DNA from: a virus
Taxonomy: Duplodnaviria > Heunggongvirae > Uroviricota > Caudoviricetes
Direction: 5' to 3' (one strand)
DNA: 64,000 nt
Virus record (IMG/VR): IMGVR_UViG_3300042868_014220
The position numbers were made by a program, and so were the translations under genes. Under the pieces are notes generated by a model. It had not been told where the DNA came from. It saw only the letters and a list, made by a program, of their open reading frames with translations, and made no database searches. This document shows positions 1 to 9,518 of this stretch, in pieces; the first letter of the stretch is position 1, and every line of letters starts with the position of its first letter.

Positions 1-821
1 GATTCATCAATTTTTCCTCTTGAGTATTCTCTTAATTTTTTAACAAACTCTCCAACTCCAACCAATTCATCAATCAAATCATTTTGATTTGGAAATGAAT
101 TTCTTAAATCATTAATATTAACTTGTCGGTCCTGAGCATCGTAAATCTCTTTAGTTCTATTTTCATCATTAACGTATAACGCCAATTTAGTATTATTTTT
201 TTTGTTAATGAAATAATATAAATTACCATTTACTGAATATCTTTGAAAAAAACCTGAATTGTCTTTTGCCGCGGTACACCATTTAGTATTAGCGCCATAA
301 TAACAAGAAGCGGCATGTGATTTTGGTTTAACAACCAAAACTTCATCATCTTCATATAATTTTTCAGCGTTGGCTTTGGCCTCTCTTTCTATATCCCCTT
401 CAGTTTTTCTACTATCAACAACTTTTATCAAGGTTTTTAAAAATACAATATTATCATATGAATTAATATCTTTTGGTGAATTTGCAATGTTTTCAACATT
501 AATACTTTCTCCATATTTTTCTTCAAAAACTTCCTTTGTCTTAAAAATATCTTCTGGTTTTATCTTATCATAATTTTCATGGAACCAAGGAACTACAGAA
601 CCTAAATTCTCTTGAATTGCATCTTGTTGTGACATATTAAGACCACCCTTTTCACCTGAAACCTGAGGGATTATTCTTTCAAGTATTTTTGCAATATAGT
701 CAACGTATTTATATCCTGTTGGGTCAACAGATAACATACGCTCCATAAATGGACCATCATATTCAAACCTCTGTTTAAGTCGTTTTAAAACGTCTTCTTT
801 TTTACCTTCAATTATAATCAC
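1..821 (-). CDS. Partial CDS (3' end outside window); paralog of the KYGSGTKWCT family. Likely GTG start near 821
   Basis: Minus-strand translation gives ...LVVKPKSHAASCYYGANTKWCTAAKDNSGFF..., matching conserved block of ORFs 2015-3514, 29564-30511, 42554-43576. Confidence 0.55.
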   Translation of the reverse strand, partial: MIIIEGKKEDVLKRLKQRFEYDGPFMERMLSVDPTGYKYVDYIAKILERIIPQVSGEKGGLNMSQQDAIQENLGSVVPWFHENYDKIKPEDIFKTKEVFEEKYGESINVENIANSPKDINSYDNIVFLKTLIKVVDSRKTEGDIEREAKANAEKLYEDDEVLVVKPKSHAASCYYGANTKWCTAAKDNSGFFQRYSVNGNLYYFINKKNNTKLALYVNDENRTKEIYDAQDRQVNINDLRNSFPNQNDLIDELVGVGEFVKKLREYSRGKIDE

Positions 822-986
822 GAGCAGTTTTTAATATAAATACCAGTTTTATTTGGAATTTCAATATTTATTCTTACCTTTGTATAACAAATCACGGGTG
901 GCTCCCTTAATAGTTAAGGCTGACCTTAAGCATCTGACGAAAGTCTATACAGGGGGTGAAAGTGATTTTTAAGTTCTTTAAATTAT

Positions 987-1377
987 GGGGGTATAATGGT
1001 ATTGATTGGCATTATTATTTATTTAGGGCACGTAGTGAGATGTTTCCTATCACTTTAATCTATGGTAATAAAAACTAAACGGCAACGTTTTAAACAAAAT
1101 GGCTCTAGTAGGTCTTGTTAAGCAAGATGAGCTTGTATCAGTAGCGTAAGCTTTGGTATATTCGGGTCGGGGAGACGTTAACCTAGGAACAGGAGTCTCT
1201 ATAGGGTGTGGTTTCTATCCTAAAAGAAACAAGTGGAGGATTAGTTCTCAGTAAACCGAACCACTTAAAAATAAGGGAATTGTGAATTTTGGAGTGTTAA
1301 CAAACACTATCCTAAACGTGTAGTCCTGATTATTTAGAGTGAACAAGACGAGATTTCGACTATCTCTACCTCCACCA
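987..1377 (+). ncRNA. ssrA: Candidate tmRNA (ssrA); encoded CCA at 1375-1377
   Basis: 5' GGGGGTA pairs with 3' TACCTCC (G3:U70 wobble, Ala identity); perfect T-arm GAGAT-TTCGACT-ATCTC; discriminator A + CCA; internal short tag-like ORF ending ..DELVSVA-TAA (~1102-1149); intrinsic terminator follows; smpB present at 53663-54097. Confidence 0.55.
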
Positions 1378-1380
1378 TTG

Positions 1381-1409
1381 AAAATGGGGTCTTAATTGAC
1401 CCCATTTTC
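1381..1409. terminator. Bidirectional intrinsic terminator hairpin (aaaatggggtcttaattgaccccatttt) with T-tract
   Basis: Perfect palindrome GGGGTC..GACCCC flanked by A/T runs. Confidence 0.6.
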
Positions 1410-1934
1410 TTTTATTAATTTTAACAAAAATTTAACATCTTGGTCTGACATATTATTTTTCATATAATTCATTGACCTTGAAATCCATTGTAAATTTCCT
1501 TTCTCATATCCTTTATTAGAGTCGATTCTGTCCAACGAGGCTGAAGTTATTGGGTCTTTTTTAATTTTTGAATACGAACTTAAAACTAAATTAATATTCA
1601 AGTAAGGACATTTACCTTCCTGTAATTCCCATAAATTTTTAAGGTCTTCAATTGTAATATCAACATTTTTATCTCTTTTTTTTATGTTACGAAAATGATA
1701 TTTAAATTTAGTATATTCATCTTTTCTGTTTCCTGAATGTTTTGATATATCATAAGTTTGTTTTTCTTTAGGAAGATTTTTAACATTATTTTTCCCGACA
1801 CAATATCTACTGCAAAAATTATCTCTATTTAATTTTTCATTTCTTCTAATTTCGGTGAGAGGTTTTTCAAAAATAACTCCACAATTTTTGCAAGTACATT
1901 CACCCATTTTATATTTTGTTGTTTTAATTCCCAT
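1392..1934 (-). CDS. HNH/zinc-finger-like putative homing endonuclease
   Basis: N-terminal CxxC..C.C cluster; C-terminal block SLDRIDSNKGYEKGNLQW resembling HNH_3-type motif. Confidence 0.5.
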   Translation of the reverse strand: MGIKTTKYKMGECTCKNCGVIFEKPLTEIRRNEKLNRDNFCSRYCVGKNNVKNLPKEKQTYDISKHSGNRKDEYTKFKYHFRNIKKRDKNVDITIEDLKNLWELQEGKCPYLNINLVLSSYSKIKKDPITSASLDRIDSNKGYEKGNLQWISRSMNYMKNNMSDQDVKFLLKLIKENGVN

Positions 1935-2014
1935 ATTGATAAATATATGGAGATGGGTAAAAAACTATGGAGGTGGATAAAAAATATTTATATGTTAATG
2001 GTATATTTATATAC

Positions 2015-3514
2015 ATGAGATTAACACCAATTCTTATACAAGAAGGTCGGAAAGAAGATTTACGTAAAAAATATTCATTTAAATTTAAAGAGTATCCTGA
2101 AACTTTGGATTTTATTTTTGGTATTTCGGATTTGGCAGATACTAATTTCAAATATGCTGACTTTGTATTAAGAGAGTTAGCTCCAAATGACGATGTAGAT
2201 GAGATTGAAGAGATTGTAGAACTTGTTAAAGATTTTGATAGATTCAAACAATCGTTAGAGGTTAAAGATATTAACCAATATGATTTGGAAAGTTTACAAA
2301 GGGCAATTAAAAAACACACAGAATCTTCCAAATCGCAATCAAATAAATTTGACCCATCTGATGTTAAAAAAATATACGAAGATGTTAATGTTTTAATTGT
2401 TAGACCATTAACTCATAAAGCCTCTTGTAAATATGGTTCTGGAACCAGATGGTGCACAACACAACAAGACCCAAATTATTTCTTTAATTATACAAAAGAA
2501 AAACGAGCATTATATTATATAATTCTTAAAAAATTTGATATAAATAATAAGTTTTACAAAATTGCAATCTATCTTGAACCAAATGATATTACTTGGTATG
2601 ACTCAACAGACCAAGTAATGACTGATAGGGAAATTGACGTTTTTAATTTAGGTGCTCCAAAGATAATACAAACAATCAAAGATGATTACACAAAATACCT
2701 ACATAATATGGCGGTAGGATTCTTTGAAAACTTGTTTAATCCTGCAGCTTATGAATATCTTGATATTAGTAGTGCGTTTGGTAATATTAACCATAAAGTA
2801 GGGATTGAATATTTACATGCCAGCATTATTCCTGACAAACCAGGGTATGCAAAAATGGATATGAATATTTCGGTTGATGAAGAAAATATTGCACAATATA
2901 CTGTTTTATTAAACTATGAAACAGGACAATTTATTTATTTTAATGTCGGTTTTGAAGATAACAACGAAATTAAACCTGATATTGATTTTAAATTTGATGA
3001 TTTGGTATTTAAATTCCAATTTGGACTACAAAGATACAATTTAGAATCAGACGAAGACCTTAAAAGATATTTTGAAGAATTGTGTTATGACATTACAAAA
3101 AATCTTATTCGGCCTATGAAAAAAGTTCGTAAATTCACTATGTTAATTCATGACGGAAATATAACTTGGACTCCAAACAGAAGTAGTTATGGTTTTACAT
3201 TTAAAGAAAATAAAGGTTTAATAAAAAAACTTGTTGATTATTTTGATTCAGGTTATGATAATGGAACCAAATTAGATTTCTTGGAATACATTGGATTATT
3301 AGATAAAAAAGTAATTAATGGAAAACCATATTACTCAAGAAAAGGTCAAAATGATTGGCATATTTCATCCAAATGGAGAGGTCAATATAGTGGTTTCTTT
3401 AACTCGGCAAAATTAGCTGGAATTATTGAATATACAAAAGATGGAAATCAGTTTATAATGAAACCAGGTCCAAATTTTGAAACGTTCAAATCAGGTGAAT
3501 TAAAAGCTCTTTAA
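2015..3514 (+). CDS. KYGSGTKWCT-family protein (unknown function); start probably ATG 2015 preceded by ATATTTATA motif
   Basis: Conserved block LIVRPLTHKASCKYGSGTRWCTTQQDPNYF shared with 3 paralogs. Confidence 0.6.
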   Translation: MRLTPILIQEGRKEDLRKKYSFKFKEYPETLDFIFGISDLADTNFKYADFVLRELAPNDDVDEIEEIVELVKDFDRFKQSLEVKDINQYDLESLQRAIKKHTESSKSQSNKFDPSDVKKIYEDVNVLIVRPLTHKASCKYGSGTRWCTTQQDPNYFFNYTKEKRALYYIILKKFDINNKFYKIAIYLEPNDITWYDSTDQVMTDREIDVFNLGAPKIIQTIKDDYTKYLHNMAVGFFENLFNPAAYEYLDISSAFGNINHKVGIEYLHASIIPDKPGYAKMDMNISVDEENIAQYTVLLNYETGQFIYFNVGFEDNNEIKPDIDFKFDDLVFKFQFGLQRYNLESDEDLKRYFEELCYDITKNLIRPMKKVRKFTMLIHDGNITWTPNRSSYGFTFKENKGLIKKLVDYFDSGYDNGTKLDFLEYIGLLDKKVINGKPYYSRKGQNDWHISSKWRGQYSGFFNSAKLAGIIEYTKDGNQFIMKPGPNFETFKSGELKAL

Positions 3515-3567
3515 AAATTTCTTATTTAAATTTGGTTTTATAACTAGGTTTACATTATCTTTACTCT

Positions 3568-4161
3568 ATGAAAGTAATATTTTTGGACCACGATGGAGTT
3601 ATCTGTTTGTCAGAAAATTGGGGTAGCAGATACAAAAAAGCTCATAAATGGATGACTTATGGTAATATTCAAGAATATTCTCCTGACGCATTGAATGAAC
3701 TAACTCGTCCAGTAAATGTTCGTTTTGACAATTTTGACAAAAAAGCAATTAAAGTTCTTAATGAAATTTTAGAAAAAACAGGAGCAGAAATTGTTGTATC
3801 ATCCGATTGGAAAAATTGGGCAACCGTTGAAGAAATGGGAGAATATTACGAATCTCAAGGTATTATCAAAAAACCAATTGCATTTACCGACACAAAACTT
3901 TTAGACAACTACGATAACTTTCCGTGGAATCGAGAATTAGACTTAGAACAAACTCGTAGTTTGGAAATTGCCGAATATCTAACTGCATATAAATCCATTC
4001 TTAAATGGGTTGCAATTGATGATTTAGATATGTCACTGAGAAGAACTGAAGATGGTGAGTATAGTTGGGGGTTAAATAACTTTGTTCACACACCAAAAAG
4101 TAATCAGGGAATTAAACAATCAGGAATTAAAGAAAAAATAATTAAATTCTTAAATGATTAA
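3568..4161 (+). CDS. HAD-superfamily phosphatase-like protein
   Basis: N-terminal motif I FLDHDGV (DxDG), downstream VVSSDW; TTATCTTT promoter-like element immediately upstream. Confidence 0.55.
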   Translation: MKVIFLDHDGVICLSENWGSRYKKAHKWMTYGNIQEYSPDALNELTRPVNVRFDNFDKKAIKVLNEILEKTGAEIVVSSDWKNWATVEEMGEYYESQGIIKKPIAFTDTKLLDNYDNFPWNRELDLEQTRSLEIAEYLTAYKSILKWVAIDDLDMSLRRTEDGEYSWGLNNFVHTPKSNQGIKQSGIKEKIIKFLND

Positions 4162-4331
4162 TGTTATGAAAAAAATCAAAACCATCATTAATTCTTTTAT
4201 TGAGAAAAGAAAAAGAATAAATTTTAACAGAGAAATGAAAAGAATAGAATCTAAAGAAAATTTAGAATCACACTAATATTACACAAAAACATATAATAAA
4301 ATGAAAAAAACACTATGTCCAAACAGGATTA

Positions 4332-4787
4332 TTGAATTTAAAAAAGGATGATATAATATCTTTTGACCATAGAATAACAAACTCTAGTGGTTCAGGTACT
4401 GTCAATGTATCTTATGTTGATTCCTTAGGAAATGTAACCAATATTAAAACAATCACATACAATTCCGCAAATAATAATACGGTAACAGATACTGTTAAAG
4501 TAAATAATTCTAAGAGGGTTAGAGTTAGGTTTGAATTCACTAAATTGGGTGGTAATAATACTGCAAGATTTGAATTAAGTTCATTTAGTGCTGTTGGTTT
4601 AGTTCCACTACCAATTAAACCCACTATTCAAAGACCCAAACAACAAGTTGAAGTCATTGAAGATGAAATTTTAATATACAACATATTTGGAGTGTGTGTT
4701 TATGAAGGATATCTTTCAGACTTTTATAAAATTGGAGAAAAGGGTCAAATGTATTTCACAAACAAAAAGAAATTTATTGTTTATTAA
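4332..4787 (+). CDS. Hypothetical protein (start uncertain, possibly TTG)
   Basis: Long ORF, Asn/Thr-rich beta-like sequence. Confidence 0.45.
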   Translation: MNLKKDDIISFDHRITNSSGSGTVNVSYVDSLGNVTNIKTITYNSANNNTVTDTVKVNNSKRVRVRFEFTKLGGNNTARFELSSFSAVGLVPLPIKPTIQRPKQQVEVIEDEILIYNIFGVCVYEGYLSDFYKIGEKGQMYFTNKKKFIVY

Positions 4788-4865
4788 TTATTGATATTTC
4801 CATTTAAAACATAAAACCAACTTATAGTTGGTTTTTTTTTATTTAAATATAACTATTTATTATGT

Positions 4866-5957
4866 ATGAGTAGTCAATCAAAAATAATTAAAGATATTTT
4901 ATCCACATATGATACTATATTAGAGAATAAAAAAATATCTGAAGCAACTGATGTATATGACAATGTTGATTTTAAAGACAATATTGTTAAAAATAGTACT
5001 CCATCAAGGGATAATATTAATACATCTCTTTTACAAGATGTTCAAACTGCTGCAAAAAACGCTGGTGTTAAAGTTGATATCACAACTGCAGTTTCAGGTC
5101 ATGACAAGGGTACGAGACATGAATCAGGTAATGCTGTGGATATATCACAAATTAACGGTAAAAAAGTAAGTCTATCAAATAGAACAGATGCCGATAAATT
5201 AGTTGCTGAGTTAGTTAAAATGGGGTATGTTAAAAATTCTGAATCAGGTAATCCTAAAGCAGTATTAACCTTTGGATTTAAAAACCATAATGACCACGTA
5301 CACATATCAAATACATCAGGAAGTTCATCGTCAGGAAAATCATCATCAGGAAAGACATCGTCAAGTACAACATCTGGAAGTACTGAATATAATCCATATA
5401 ATTATATTCAAAATATAGGTAAAGACTTATTAAATACCAATATAGGTAAATCATTGGTAAATGCAACTGGTTTAAGTGAAGGAAAGGTATATTCATCATT
5501 TGGTAAAAATTACATAACAAGAAATGGTGAAGTTATAATCCCAAAAGACGATAATAAAAAAATTAAAAGTCCTGTTTCAGGTGTTATTACAACATTTTTT
5601 TACAATAGTAATTGTAGTAATCAATTATTCATTAAATTTAAAGTCGACAACAACGATTTTTATTTAGAATATTGTGGATTAAAATCTATCTCAGTTAGAA
5701 GAGGAGAAACTGTTAATCAAGGAGATTTAATAGGTACATCAGACGACGACATTAGAGTTACATTATATGGTTCTAATGGTAATAAAAAATATATTGACAC
5801 TAGATTAGAATCTAAAGAAAATAAACCTAAAAATTATACTGACAATAGTGATTTAAATAATGGGTTATATACTTCGGCGTATAGAAAAATCAGGGATACT
5901 TGGTTTAAAAAAGATAATGTACAAGAAAATATAGATAGAATTAAAGGTCTATTATAA
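4866..5957 (+). CDS. Peptidoglycan hydrolase: M15 (VanY/L-Ala-D-Glu peptidase-like) N-domain plus M23/LytM-like C-domain
   Basis: SGHDKGTRHESGNAVDIS resembles the SxHxxGxAxD zinc-binding motif of M15 peptidases; C-terminal PVSGVITT..GDLIG M23-like; Ser-rich linker. Confidence 0.65.
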   Translation: MSSQSKIIKDILSTYDTILENKKISEATDVYDNVDFKDNIVKNSTPSRDNINTSLLQDVQTAAKNAGVKVDITTAVSGHDKGTRHESGNAVDISQINGKKVSLSNRTDADKLVAELVKMGYVKNSESGNPKAVLTFGFKNHNDHVHISNTSGSSSSGKSSSGKTSSSTTSGSTEYNPYNYIQNIGKDLLNTNIGKSLVNATGLSEGKVYSSFGKNYITRNGEVIIPKDDNKKIKSPVSGVITTFFYNSNCSNQLFIKFKVDNNDFYLEYCGLKSISVRRGETVNQGDLIGTSDDDIRVTLYGSNGNKKYIDTRLESKENKPKNYTDNSDLNNGLYTSAYRKIRDTWFKKDNVQENIDRIKGLL

Positions 5958-5959
5958 CA

Positions 5960-5996
5960 AAAAAACCCACAATAATGTGGGTTTTGTTTTTTAAGG
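5960..5996. terminator. Hairpin aaacccacaataatgtgggttt with T-run
   Basis: Inverted repeat CCCACA..TGTGGG followed by TTTTGTTTTTT. Confidence 0.5.
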
Positions 5997-6005
5997 ACTA
6001 TAGAA

Positions 6006-6173
6006 ATGTTATTTAACTTCTACAGAATCAACAACAACTTTTGTTGAATCAGATACCACTAAAGTAGAATCACATGATGTTGAATCGCATGAAGTACCTT
6101 TTTCACAGGTTGATGTTGAGCTTCCACATGAAGCTAATGCTACGATTGCTAATAACGCTACGATTTTTCTCAT
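6006..6173 (-). CDS. Small lipoprotein (55 aa), not in supplied ORF track
   Basis: Minus-strand translation MRKIVALLAIVALASCGSST... (signal peptide + lipobox LASC). Confidence 0.4.
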
Positions 6174-6260
6174 AATTGTTTGTATTTTGTTTGTTAATAT
6201 TTTGAATTATAAATATAAACAAAGATATGTGTTTTGTCAATTTTCTGTAAAAAAATATAT

Positions 6261-7517
6261 TTAAAATAACCAAGAATTTACCTCAGATAACGACTTAAGA
6301 GTAACTTCATCCAACGACTTTAAAATATCCTCAACATTGTTTGGGTCTACACCACCGATTGACATTCTAAACCATCCAGGATTCTCTTTTGAACCAAAGT
6401 ATTCAAATGGGACAACACCGATACTACACTCATCTATTAAGAATTTAGTATACGATTCCATTGATGGAAATGACACCGATTCCCCAAAGTAAATTGAGAT
6501 GTATATTCCTCCTTCAGGTCTTTGACAGTCAATACGGAATCCTTTATTTTTTAATCCATCAATCTTATCACAAATTTTAGTTGTGATATCAGAATATTGT
6601 TTGGTTTTTGTTTTCACAAAGTTAACCGTCTCATCATAATCGTTTAAATACTTTGCAACGGCGTTTTGCTCAGGTTTTGGAGCCCAAGCCCCAATGTGTG
6701 AGAGAACCTCTGTCATCTTACCTATAATGTACTGAGGACCGAATACCCAACCCACCCTAACACCTGTTGCACATAATGATTTTGAAACACCGTCAACGCA
6801 AATTAAGTATTCACGAATTTCAGGGCATAATGTTAATGGATGAACAAATAAACCGTCAACAGTAATGTCGGAATAAATTTGGTCAAAGAACAAATAACAA
6901 GGTCTTTCATTATCACCCCTACGTTTGTTTTCCTTAACAATTACCTCACAAATACCTTTTAATGTTTCGGGGTTAATTACACGTCCTGTTGGATTCTGAG
7001 GAGAACAAATACATACCATATTCAATGACGTGATATTCTCTTCAATATCTTGAACTGTAGGAAAGAATGAGTTCTCAGGTTTACATTCAATGGGAATGGT
7101 ATTCACACTGTGAAGAAATGAGTAGTGATTGTTATTCCAAGATGGAACAGGATAAAGAACGATGTCACCAAACTCAACAATTGATTTATAGATTGTGTAG
7201 ATTAACGGACGAACGCCAGCCCCAATCAATATCTCATTCTCGTTGTAATCAATACCTTGTCTTTTTTTAAGGTATTCACTGACCGATTGTCTTAGATTCA
7301 ATTGTCCTGACGATAATGGATAATTTGTTAAATTTTCGTTGTAAGATTCTATGATTAACTCTTTAAGTTTTTTGGGAATTGGGTTTATGTTTGAATCAAA
7401 ATCACCAATGGTTAAGTTTTGAACTTTTCTTGTTTTTGAGATTTCCTTAATTTTTTGTGAGATTTTGATGATTTCAGAACCCACAATATTGGTTCCTACT
7501 AATGATAATTTTCGCAT
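6261..7517 (-). CDS. PLP-dependent aminotransferase (class I/II fold)
   Basis: SKSLCATGVRVGW (PLP-lysine motif SKxxxxxGxRxG), overall aminotransferase-like. Confidence 0.75.
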   Translation of the reverse strand: MRKLSLVGTNIVGSEIIKISQKIKEISKTRKVQNLTIGDFDSNINPIPKKLKELIIESYNENLTNYPLSSGQLNLRQSVSEYLKKRQGIDYNENEILIGAGVRPLIYTIYKSIVEFGDIVLYPVPSWNNNHYSFLHSVNTIPIECKPENSFFPTVQDIEENITSLNMVCICSPQNPTGRVINPETLKGICEVIVKENKRRGDNERPCYLFFDQIYSDITVDGLFVHPLTLCPEIREYLICVDGVSKSLCATGVRVGWVFGPQYIIGKMTEVLSHIGAWAPKPEQNAVAKYLNDYDETVNFVKTKTKQYSDITTKICDKIDGLKNKGFRIDCQRPEGGIYISIYFGESVSFPSMESYTKFLIDECSIGVVPFEYFGSKENPGWFRMSIGGVDPNNVEDILKSLDEVTLKSLSEVNSWLF

Positions 7518-7560
7518 GTATTAAATATATATTTTTAAATTCTGTTTGTCAATTTTTTTG

Positions 7561-7644
7561 CGGAAGGTGAGGGGTTCGAACCCTCGCATCATTTATAGAT
7601 GTACGGTTTAGCAAACCGCTGCGTTACCACTCTGCCAACCTTCC
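7561..7644 (-). tRNA. tRNA-Ser (GCT), type II
   Basis: 7-bp acceptor GGAAGGT/ACCTTCC, T-arm GAGGG-TTCGAAC-CCCTC, anticodon loop TTGCTAA, long variable arm. Confidence 0.65.
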
Positions 7645-7704
7645 TTGTATTATTACTGTTCCAAAATGAATAAAAAAATAGAGTTTTGGAACACTAATAA
7701 TTTT

Positions 7705-8181
7705 TTATCTTATTTTCCAGGCTCCGTTGATGTGTTTCTTCATTTGTTTACCATCGGCAAGGTTTCCGATTACAACACCATCTTTAATGGTAAACGCATG
7801 GCGATTAACAGTAACAATATAGGTCCCTACAGGATATCTTTTAATAAATGAACCCGTGGTTGTCCTCCTAAGAGTTTTCATACCTTTTACGGTTACATAA
7901 TATAACATTGTATTATGTTCTTCGGTAACGATTTCAATACTTTTACCGTTAATTTGTTCGTTGTTTTTAGATAACAAGTTTATTGTGCTTGCAAATCTAT
8001 AAACACCTTTTTTATTGTTTCTACAGAATTTTTCTTTTGTGAATTTGTGTGCAGAATCATAATCCATATCAGCTGCGGTTGCGATTGCTCTTACAACACA
8101 ATCATTATCTTCAGATTTTGCAATTACAGATTCTGATATTCCTTTGATTACTTCTCTTGATGATATATATCCCTTATTCAT
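7705..8181 (-). CDS. Hypothetical protein
   Basis: Protein-like ORF between tRNA-Ser and ferritin gene. Confidence 0.5.
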   Translation of the reverse strand: MNKGYISSREVIKGISESVIAKSEDNDCVVRAIATAADMDYDSAHKFTKEKFCRNNKKGVYRFASTINLLSKNNEQINGKSIEIVTEEHNTMLYYVTVKGMKTLRRTTTGSFIKRYPVGTYIVTVNRHAFTIKDGVVIGNLADGKQMKKHINGAWKIR

Positions 8182-8269
8182 GGTACAAAGATAAAGAAAA
8201 GATTTTAAACCGCAAAAAAAAATCCCACCGAATACTCAGAGGGATTTTACTTTAATGTATTTGTGTAGA

Positions 8270-8857
8270 TTAAAAATAAGTTTGCTCAAAGTATAAAACT
8301 TGGAATTTGTCAGTTTTACTTATAAGATTGGATGCATTGATTAAATCATTGTATTCAACTACGGCATCTTTTTGAATTTCTCTTAATTCTTGTAAAAAGT
8401 CAAAAGTTGTGATATCATCAGAAAAAACGGTATGAGAATCTTGATTGTATGCTTTCATTAAACTTAATTCCATTGTATATGCACCATATACGATTTCAAT
8501 TAAACCTGTGAATGTATGTTTTGGATTTGCAGCTGGAATTTGGGGGATAATGTTAAACCCTGTCATATAATCTTCAATTTTCTTTGCGTGGGTTAATTCA
8601 TCCAACGCTTCACTTTCAAAGAATGCTCCTGCTTTTTTGTAATTAGCATCGTTACACCAATTAGCTGCCGCTCTATAGAAATAATGTGCGGTATATTCAT
8701 CTTTAATTCTATCAGTTAATAGTTTAACTGTTTTGTCCGATAATACATATAACTTAGGTTCTTTAGATGAACTTAGTTTATTTTCACCAGACTTTTGTTC
8801 ATTCAACTTAATAGCTTTGAACAATTGGTCTCTTGTCATTGTGATTTTGTCTTCCAT
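8270..8857 (-). CDS. Ferritin-like iron-storage protein
   Basis: EYTAHYFYRAAANWC ... EALDELTHAKKIEDYM ... FDFLQELREIQKD pattern matches the bacterial ferritin di-iron site layout. Confidence 0.7.
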   Translation of the reverse strand: MEDKITMTRDQLFKAIKLNEQKSGENKLSSSKEPKLYVLSDKTVKLLTDRIKDEYTAHYFYRAAANWCNDANYKKAGAFFESEALDELTHAKKIEDYMTGFNIIPQIPAANPKHTFTGLIEIVYGAYTMELSLMKAYNQDSHTVFSDDITTFDFLQELREIQKDAVVEYNDLINASNLISKTDKFQVLYFEQTYF

Positions 8858-8890
8858 AACTATAAATACTACGAGTAATGAAAAAAATTG

Positions 8891-8962
8891 TAGCGACGGA
8901 AGGAATCGAACCTTCGACTTCTCGGATATGAGCCAAGTGTTCTTCCACTGAACTACATCGCC
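8891..8962 (-). tRNA. tRNA-Met (CAT)
   Basis: Cloverleaf parsed manually; anticodon loop CTCATAT; T-loop TTCGATT. Confidence 0.75.
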
Positions 8963-8969
8963 ATTTTTG

Positions 8970-9041
8970 TGGTTTTGAAAGGACTCGAACCCTCACTAAA
9001 AAATCCGTAATTTTACGTGCTATCCGTTACACCACAAAACC
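8970..9041 (-). tRNA. tRNA-Arg (ACG)
   Basis: Anticodon loop TTACGGA; T-arm GAGGG-TTCGAGT-CCTTT. Confidence 0.7.
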
Positions 9042-9045
9042 ATTG

Positions 9046-9117
9046 TTATCCCTTAAGGATTCGAACCTCAATTCATTGGCCCAAAACCAATTGTCCTGCC
9101 AATTAGACGAAGGGATA
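9046..9117 (-). tRNA. tRNA-Gln (TTG)
   Basis: Acceptor TATCCCT/AGGGATA; anticodon loop TTTTGGG. Confidence 0.75.
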
Positions 9118-9124
9118 ATTTTTG

Positions 9125-9206
9125 TGGGAGCAGTAGGACTCGAACCTACGAACTCAAAAGAGGGGACATTTACAGTGTCCTGCCATTGCCGCTAGACGAT
9201 ACTCCC
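9125..9206 (-). tRNA. tRNA-Tyr (GTA), type II (bacterial-type long variable arm)
   Basis: Acceptor GGGAGTA/TGCTCCC; anticodon stem-loop GGACA-CTGTAAA-TGTCC; 13-nt variable arm. Confidence 0.75.
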
Positions 9207-9279
9207 AAATAAGTTAAACTAACACCCTGACTCCTTTCGAACTTTGGGGGCTCGTATCATTCATTCTGTGTTAGTTTTG

Positions 9280-9352
9280 CACGCCTGATAGGAATCGAAC
9301 CTATAACACCTGGTTTTGGAGACCAGTGCTCTACCAATTGAGCTACAGACGC
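9280..9352 (-). tRNA. tRNA-Trp (CCA)
   Basis: Anticodon stem-loop CTGGT-CTCCAAA-ACCAG; canonical D-arm TAGCTCAATTGGTAGAGC. Confidence 0.8.
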
Positions 9353-9359
9353 GTATTTG

Positions 9360-9431
9360 AGGTCGGTACAGGAATTGAACCTGTGTAGATAGTTTTGCAG
9401 ACTACCGCCTAAACCACTCGACCAACCGACC
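9360..9431 (-). tRNA. tRNA-Cys (GCA), U73 discriminator
   Basis: Perfect acceptor GGTCGGT/ACCGACC; anticodon loop CTGCAAA. Confidence 0.7.
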
Positions 9432-9437
9432 TTATTG

Positions 9438-9512
9438 TGACCCCGCCAGGATTCGAACCTGGGACTCCCTAGTTAAAAGCTAGGTGCTCTAAACCAACTG
9501 AGCTACGAAGTC
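9438..9512 (-). tRNA. tRNA-Lys (TTT)
   Basis: Anticodon stem-loop CCTAG-CTTTTAA-CTAGG. Confidence 0.8.
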
Positions 9513-9518
9513 AAATTG

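Noticed and set aside
890-1390. Group I intron or RNase P RNA in the GC-rich structured region next to the HNH gene (it contains GGGTGAAAG and AGATAGTCG-like strings)
   Set aside because: The termini form a tRNA-like acceptor/T-arm with G3:U70 and encoded CCA, it is flanked by a terminator, and smpB is present, which fits tmRNA better. No flanking exons, and the RNase P core motifs are incomplete.
1924-2331. Track ORFs overlapping better-supported genes on the opposite strand (1924-2331, 4412-4624, 4951-5520, 7067-7270, 11947-12162, 23100-23402, 27207-28088, 32826-33071, 40674-40997, 55846-56172, 58304-58606, 63189-63832, and others)
   Set aside because: Low-complexity or antisense translations of recognised domains; no independent support.
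4280-4340. Programmed frameshift joining a 16-codon upstream ORF (ATGAAAAAAACA...) to ORF 4332-4787 at the A-rich run
   Set aside because: The frame relationship does not fit a canonical -1 slippery heptamer; a non-ATG (TTG) start for the main ORF is simpler.
9210-9279. An additional tRNA between tRNA-Tyr and tRNA-Trp
   Set aside because: No T-loop or acceptor pairing could be folded; treated as spacer.
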